A stretch of DNA of 64,000 nt from Alphaproteobacteria bacterium. GTDB lineage: Bacteria; Pseudomonadota; Alphaproteobacteria; UBA7887. The notes beneath the pieces were generated by a model. That model was not told where the DNA came from. It worked only from the letters and a program-made list of their open reading frames with translations, and made no database searches. The number at the start of each line of letters is the position of its first letter. The first letter of the stretch is position 1. The stretch spans positions 2,464,001 to 2,528,000 of the forward strand of contig CBDCGL010000011.1 in the NCBI GenBank assembly GCA_965216755.1, read 5' to 3'. Of the stretch, positions 62,039 through 64,000 are shown in pieces. The position numbers were made by a program, and so were the translations under genes.

Positions 62039-63289
62039 TTAGGGCACCCGCGCCCGCGCTTGGAATTCGGGTCGCCGCCACGCGCCGCTACGCATCACGC
62101 GAGCCAGGCGATCGACCGCATCCCAGACATCGACATAGCGGACATAGAGCGGCGCAAAACCAAAACGCATCAGATCGGGCGGGCGCATATCGCCGATTAC
62201 GCCTTCGCCAATTAGCGCCTGCATGATCGCGTAGGCCGACTCGTGGCGCAGCGAGACATGGCTGCCGCGACTGCCGGTGGGAACTTCGACAATTTCAAAC
62301 CCATCGTCCGCGCAGTTGGCGGCAATCAATTCTTCAAACAATGTGCACAAGGCCACAGACTTGGCCCGGATGTCGGCCATGTCCGCGCGCAATACGACGT
62401 CCAACGCCGTATCCAATGCGGCCATGGCAAGAACCGGCGGCGTGCCGCAGAGCAGCCGGTTGATATCGGCGGCCGGGCGATAGTTCGGCGCGAAGTCGAA
62501 CGGCGCGATATGGCCCATCCAACCGGTGATGGGCGGCTCCAGGGTCGCCTGGTGCCGTTCGGCGACAAACGCAAAGGCTGGCGCGCCCGGTCCGCCGTTG
62601 AGGTATTTGTAGCCGCAGCCGACCGCGAAATCAGCGCGGCTGCCATTGAGATCGACCGGGACCGCGCCGGCACTATGAGAAAGGTCCCACAAAATGAGTG
62701 CGCCGTCGCCATGGGCGGCGGTGGTCACCTGGTCCATGTCGTACATGCGGCCGGACCGGTAGTCGACATGAGTCAAGGTCACCACCGCGATGGTGTCATC
62801 GATCGCGCGCGCAATTTCGTCGCGTGGCGCATAGACCACATCACAGGCGGTGCGCGAGAAGTGATTGATGTATGAGATCAGCCCTTCGGCGATATAGCCG
62901 TCGGTCGGAAATCCATGGGCTTCGGTCAAGATGCGGAAACGGTCGCGTTGCATGCGCAATGCGGCCGCCAGCAACTTAAACAGGTTGACCGACGTCGAAT
63001 CACACACCACGACTTCGCCCGCGCGCGCGCCGATCAGTTTGGCGATTTTATCGCCGGCATGACGCGGCAGGTCGACCCAGCCATTGATGTTCCAACTGCG
63101 GATCAGGTCCTCGCCCCATTGACGGTGCAACACAGCGTTCATGCGCGCGACCACCGATTGCGGCAACGGCCCCAGCGAGTTGCCATCCAAATAAACCAAC
63201 CCGTCGGGCAACAGAAACGCGCCGCGCAAGGGCGCCAAGGGATCCGTATTGTCGCGAGCGGCCAGCGCATCGCGGGTGGGGACGGTCAT
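62039..63289 (-). CDS. kynU: Kynureninase
   Basis: YLDGNSLG, WDLSHSAG, GCGYKYLNGGPG, GWMGH. Confidence 0.95.
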   Translation of the reverse strand: MTVPTRDALAARDNTDPLAPLRGAFLLPDGLVYLDGNSLGPLPQSVVARMNAVLHRQWGEDLIRSWNINGWVDLPRHAGDKIAKLIGARAGEVVVCDSTSVNLFKLLAAALRMQRDRFRILTEAHGFPTDGYIAEGLISYINHFSRTACDVVYAPRDEIARAIDDTIAVVTLTHVDYRSGRMYDMDQVTTAAHGDGALILWDLSHSAGAVPVDLNGSRADFAVGCGYKYLNGGPGAPAFAFVAERHQATLEPPITGWMGHIAPFDFAPNYRPAADINRLLCGTPPVLAMAALDTALDVVLRADMADIRAKSVALCTLFEELIAANCADDGFEIVEVPTGSRGSHVSLRHESAYAIMQALIGEGVIGDMRPPDLMRFGFAPLYVRYVDVWDAVDRLARVMRSGAWRRPEFQARARVP

Positions 63290-63314
63290 TTGCGATCTGC
63301 CGTTTGGTGTTAGT

Positions 63315-63484
63315 CTAGAGCCGTGTCCGACAATATTGAATCAATTCTGTTCGCGGTCCGGCGCGCGTCCACTTTGTCGGGCGGCTTGCACGATGCGCCA
63401 ACATCGCGCTCCGCCGCCCTTCGCGTGGATCGCCACGCCGGACCGCGAACAGAATTGATTCAATATTGTCGGACACGGCTCTAG
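63315..63484. mobile_element. Second copy of the 170-bp CTAG MITE, opposite orientation
   Basis: 49-bp perfect TIR CTAGAGCCGTGTCCGACAATATTGAATCAATTCTGTTCGCGGTCCGGCG; core is the reverse complement of the 59161 copy. Confidence 0.92.
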
Positions 63485-63574
63485 GCACAGCGGCACGAAG
63501 CGGTCACGGTCGACAGTATATCGCTCGGCGCCATGTCGCGTTGTCCGGAATTGCCATGACACGGGAAGCATCAG

Positions 63575-64000
63575 ATGTCTGAACGCGAGGTCTTTGAGGT
63601 TCATGCGGTTCGCTACGCCGCGCTGACGCGCGGCGCGGCCGAAAATTTCATCGATCCCGGCCCGCACAACGGGCCGATGGACATGGACTTTTATGTATGG
63701 GCGGCGATCGGGCCGCGACACACTTACATTATCGACACCGGATATGGCGAAGCAGCGGCAAAGCGACGTGGACGCACTTTTTTGCAGCATCCGGTCGACG
63801 GCTTGCGCGCGATCGGCATCGACGCCGGCGCGATGACCGAGGTGATCGTGACCCATTTGCACTATGACCATATCGGCAACTACGACGCGTTTCCCAATGC
63901 GCGTTATCACCTTCATGACAAGGAGATGATGTTCGCCACCGGGCGCTATATGACCCATGAGGCGTTTCGACGCGCTTATGAAGTCGACGAAGTCGTCGGC
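63575..64000 (+). CDS. N-acyl-homoserine-lactonase-family metallo-beta-lactamase-fold hydrolase; runs off the right edge
   Basis: Manual translation: MSEREVFEVHAVRYA, MDFYVW, IDTG, THLHYDHIGN. Confidence 0.85.
   Translation, partial: MSEREVFEVHAVRYAALTRGAAENFIDPGPHNGPMDMDFYVWAAIGPRHTYIIDTGYGEAAAKRRGRTFLQHPVDGLRAIGIDAGAMTEVIVTHLHYDHIGNYDAFPNARYHLHDKEMMFATGRYMTHEAFRRAYEVDEVVG

Noticed and set aside
1-64000. tRNA, rRNA, prophage or integrase genes
   Set aside because: None recognised by eye; a covariance-model scan was not possible

Overview
GC-rich chromosomal window, most likely from an alphaproteobacterium (inferred from Flp/TadG pilus genes, TRAP transporters and CTAG-bounded palindromic elements). 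Left to right it holds: a truncated Pls/PosA-type membrane NRPS with a stand-alone diaminobutyrate aminotransferase; hppD; an orphan TRAP binding protein; SDRs; a vWA/TPR/BatD cluster lacking its MoxR ATPase; a BVMO and N-acyl-D-amino-acid deacylase pair; a complete type II-C CRISPR-Cas9 locus (tracrRNA, cas9, cas1, cas2, 9 repeats and 8 spacers); a glutamylation-type amine (probably ethanolamine) catabolic cluster; greB; several hydrolases; TadG and two Flp pilins; a peptidoglycan module (MepK-like, L,D-transpeptidase, Lpp/OprI-like lipoprotein, DpaA-like); USP-Lon-USP interrupted by a MITE and an IS5-family element; kynA and kynU; and a truncated metallo-beta-lactamase-fold hydrolase. The most notable candidates are a putative poly-diaminobutyrate synthesis cassette, a Braun-lipoprotein-like tether module in an apparent alphaproteobacterium, and a repeat-derived palindromic -10 box apparently shared by tracrRNA and cas9. 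All calls come from motif reading by eye; no database searches were run.
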